Assembly (NCBI GenBank): GCA_964482915.1
Contig: CAYZYU010000001.1
Location: 34,266-88,563, forward strand
DNA from: Candidatus Woesearchaeota archaeon
GTDB lineage: Archaea; Nanobdellota; Nanobdellia; Pacearchaeales; GW2011-AR1
DNA length: 54,298 bases
Reading direction: 5' to 3'
Shown here: positions 52,901-54,298 of the stretch, piece by piece
Layout of the letters: every line of letters begins with the position of its first letter
How positions within the stretch are numbered: position 1 is the first letter of the stretch
The notes under the pieces: model-generated
Seen by the model: only the letters and a program-made list of their open reading frames with translations
Databases searched by the model: none
What the model was told of the DNA's origin: nothing
Program-made: the position numbers and the translations under genes

Positions 52901-54298
52901 ATTGGACAAGTTTAGATTTAGGACAATATAACTGGTCTATAATAATCTGGAATGGAATAAAGAACTCTTCTATTGAATATTCTTACTTTAATAATATTAA
53001 TTTAACAATAAATTGTGAAGCAGGAGGAGATTATCTTGAAGATCCAACTGTTTTAATTCAAGGAAGAATAAATGACAGTAGCGGGATAGTTTCATTAAGT
53101 TCACAAATAATTAATATTTCTATTTACAATGATTCCACAGAGGAAATAATCACTTCTTCAAATATAACCACAGAATCAAATGGTGTATTTAATAGTATAT
53201 TTCCTGGATTGGAAATAGGAAATTACACTGTTTATACAAAAGTTAATTATCAAGGAATTGAAATAAATAGTTCAGACTCATTTAAAATTTCTCTTGGATA
53301 TGAAGCAGGTTACAATGCAGGATTTATTGCTGGAAATGAATCAGGATATATTTCTGGATTTGATTATGGTAATATCACAGGATTTAATTTAGGAAATATC
53401 ACAGGATTTATACTTGGAAACAATACTGGTTTCACATTAGGAAATACAACTGGATTTGTATACGGTAACCTCACAGGATTTGTTTTAGGAAATTCAACTG
53501 GTTACATTTTAGGTAATGCAACTGGATTTACATTAGGAAATTATACTGGGTTTATATTAGGAAATCAAACAGGATTTATAATAGGAAATATTTCAGGTTT
53601 CAATCTTGGTAATTCAACCGGTTTTACACTTGGAAATTATACTGGATTCATATTAGGAAACATTTCAGGATTCTACTTTGGAAACCAGACAGGTTATACT
53701 ACAGGTTACAATGCAGGATTTATTGCTGGAAATGAATCAGGATATATTTCTGGATTTGATTATGGTAATATCACAGGATTTAATTTAGGAAATATCACAG
53801 GATTTATACTTGGAAACAATACTGGTTTCACATTGGGCAACTCAACTGGTTATACCTTGGGATTTAACACAGGTAATATAACCGGATTTACTCTAGGTAA
53901 TACTACCGGCTTTGTATACGGAAATAATACTGGTTATATTTTAGGATTTAATACAGGCAACTTAACAGGCTTCACATTAGGAAACACAACTGGCTTCGTT
54001 CTTGGCAACTCTACAGGTTATATTTTAGGTAATGCAACTGGCTTTGTATATGGTAACACAACAGGATTCATATTAGGAAACACAACAGGATTTGTATATG
54101 GAAATATCACTGGATTTGCTTTGGGTAATTCCACCGGATTTACACTTGGAAATTTAACAGGTTATATTCTTGGAAATCAAACAGGTTATAACGCAGGATT
54201 CAGCACAGGAAACACAACTGGATTTAATCTAGGAAATACTACAGGTTTCACATTGGGCAACTCAACTGGTTATACCTTGGGATTTAACACAGGTAATA
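49954..54298 (+). CDS. giant secreted/surface protein, 3'-truncated by the window (signal peptide, parallel beta-helix, beta-sandwich modules, octapeptide array)
   Basis: Hand translation from ATG 49954 (or 49960) to 54298 has no stop codon (1,448 codons). Not on the supplied track. N-terminus MKMTSKKYFFALISIILITLLSYEVLAG. Confidence 0.85.
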   Translation, partial: MKMTSKKYFFALISIILITLLSYEVLAGTNVPDCGITINISGQYELNAGISGTATCLTINTSNIELDCKGNTISYGSDGVNGRIGISVALGTVYLENITIKNCIIQDTNPAGTTGYGIYALRTSNSYIINNTINTSGTATNHGIYLSTASQNNLLENNTINAYGSTTGNYGIYLIYQSNNNTIRNNEVKATGTTTSYALMLYSSEYNLIENNNFSSYTLLTTGNSDMNVVYLYYGSRYNILRNNYIYSDAEARNYHIYLNLNNNYNIIANNTIIPNDDEGTNPGIYILGSDYNLVENNTIRTNGTTANYGVWLGASSTGNMINKNNIITNGTTTNNYGIYLVSALYNNITENQISSNGLTTGNAGITLSSAQRNYLARNNISTSGTTTGYGIYLTGSDYDTVEDNDISTFGTSTANDGIYLISSTNNNIINNRITANSTSSGNIGIALYTSTGNSYVYNNTIKTDGTTTNYGILLQTANNNSIVNNQISTSGTTTTNHGIYLYISANANKIYYNNISTYGTTTNHGISLSTTSDGNEIVGNYIIANGSTTASATTTNNFGIAAATSCYNNLMENNTILNSGGRYNYGIYISVESGYSTIRGNNITTGGSGATNAGIYLSESRNNLLEENIISTSGSATDYGIYLYSNAKYNFVKKNNITTSGSTNSYGILLDAVIPNFPHNNSFQENNFISIAGTEFRFADAEIDENYLISQIIDSYLFTGIGSKMIVRNDSAGEIKFLDRLTGSGTGFSDDVYILENYAFIDSSIPGLNKSAEITIYNLPTTSNELQIYRNGIICSDCFNLTSMQAGNVTFNVTQGGGYSINSSSSSPLIELDFPENDYLTNQQNINFNFTARDDSVGDLNCSIYIDSILNQTNSTTQNNTLTNFAASGLTEGNHNWNIECFDSAGNRNISETINFTITISQSSSLFNYPENKSYFNNLDFILLNYTVLDLDLKIMTAWIYGDEILLNTTSGLTNGSSLVYNWTSLDLGQYNWSIIIWNGIKNSSIEYSYFNNINLTINCEAGGDYLEDPTVLIQGRINDSSGIVSLSSQIINISIYNDSTEEIITSSNITTESNGVFNSIFPGLEIGNYTVYTKVNYQGIEINSSDSFKISLGYEAGYNAGFIAGNESGYISGFDYGNITGFNLGNITGFILGNNTGFTLGNTTGFVYGNLTGFVLGNSTGYILGNATGFTLGNYTGFILGNQTGFIIGNISGFNLGNSTGFTLGNYTGFILGNISGFYFGNQTGYTTGYNAGFIAGNESGYISGFDYGNITGFNLGNITGFILGNNTGFTLGNSTGYTLGFNTGNITGFTLGNTTGFVYGNNTGYILGFNTGNLTGFTLGNTTGFVLGNSTGYILGNATGFVYGNTTGFILGNTTGFVYGNITGFALGNSTGFTLGNLTGYILGNQTGYNAGFSTGNTTGFNLGNTTGFTLGNSTGYTLGFNTGN
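50245..51975 (+). repeat. about 20 imperfect 22-27-aa parallel beta-helix (PbH1/NosD-like) coils, in frame
   Basis: Recurring N-N-x-I-x-x-x-G-(T/S)-T-T-x-N-Y-G-I-Y-L, for example NNTINTSGTATNHGIYLS, NNTINAYGSTTGNYGIYLI, NNIITNGTTTNNYGIYLV, NNQISTSGTTTTNHGIYLY. Confidence 0.75.
53296..54298 (+). repeat. 24-nt-periodic in-frame tandem array encoding the octapeptide G-N-x-(T/S)-G-(F/Y)-x-(L/I/V/Y)
   Basis: About 41 units to the window edge, for example GNITGFNL GNITGFIL GNNTGFTL GNTTGFVY GNLTGFVL GNSTGYIL. Punctuated by GYNAGFIAGNESGYISGFDY and GFNT half-units. Exact DNA repeats: 53306-53438 = 53702-53834 and 53824-53878 = 54244-54298. Confidence 0.9.

Noticed and set aside
53296-54298. A regular 24-nt periodicity that could be mistaken for a CRISPR array or a satellite.
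   Set aside because: There is no alternation of conserved repeats with unique spacers. The period is a multiple of three, it is in frame with an uninterrupted ORF, and variation is concentrated at codon positions encoding the x residues. It is a coding tandem repeat.

Overview
This is a visibly AT-rich (roughly one-third G+C by eye, not computed), very gene-dense archaeal chromosome segment that reads cleanly in the standard code. All annotation was done by eye, with no searches or folding programs.

Gene content points to a small-genome, DPANN-like anaerobic archaeon; this is an inference. It includes L15e, aRF1, TFS, RpoL, NAC, Sec61-beta, PolB, FEN1, RFC small and large subunits, RadB, an NreA-like protein, type IA topoisomerase, Cdc48, type-2 MetAP, MetRS, ValRS and Trm5. 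Alongside these are desulfoferrodoxin/rubrerythrin and a bacterial-style PduL-AckA pair. I call about 65 protein genes, three tRNAs, and two small CDSs below the ORF-track cut-off (Sec61-beta and an L41e-like peptide). I found no rRNA, CRISPR array, integrase or transposase.

The most interesting signals are:

1. **Giant untracked ORF (49954 to the window end).** It is open for more than 1,448 codons and is absent from the supplied ORF track. It encodes a signal/anchor peptide, about 20 parallel beta-helix coils and beta-sandwich modules. It ends in a 24-nt-periodic array of at least 40 octapeptides, G-N-x-(T/S)-G-(F/Y)-x-(L/I/V/Y). Nearly every unit carries an N-glycosylation sequon, and the array contains 133-nt and 55-nt exact internal DNA repeats.

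2. **Nested architecture at tRNA-Ile(GAU) and tRNA-Lys(CUU).** Each gene is preceded by an exact 23-25-nt copy of its own 5' end, fused to the same conserved 26-27-nt hairpin element. That element is complementary to the tRNA D-arm. Each gene is followed by a copy of its own 3' end. The best promoter-like box is positioned for the outer fragment.

3. **tRNA-Glu(CUC) intron.** The gene carries a 99-nt intron with a canonical bulge-helix-bulge motif.

Secondary items:
- a split MetRS
- a zinc-ribbon/AbrB protein coupled to Cdc48
- a complete AmmeMemoRadiSam triad
- a CYTH gene embedded in the RFC operon
- a PduL-AckA pair in which AckA has a His-to-Phe change in the FDTAFH motif
- a PolB with deviant motif A
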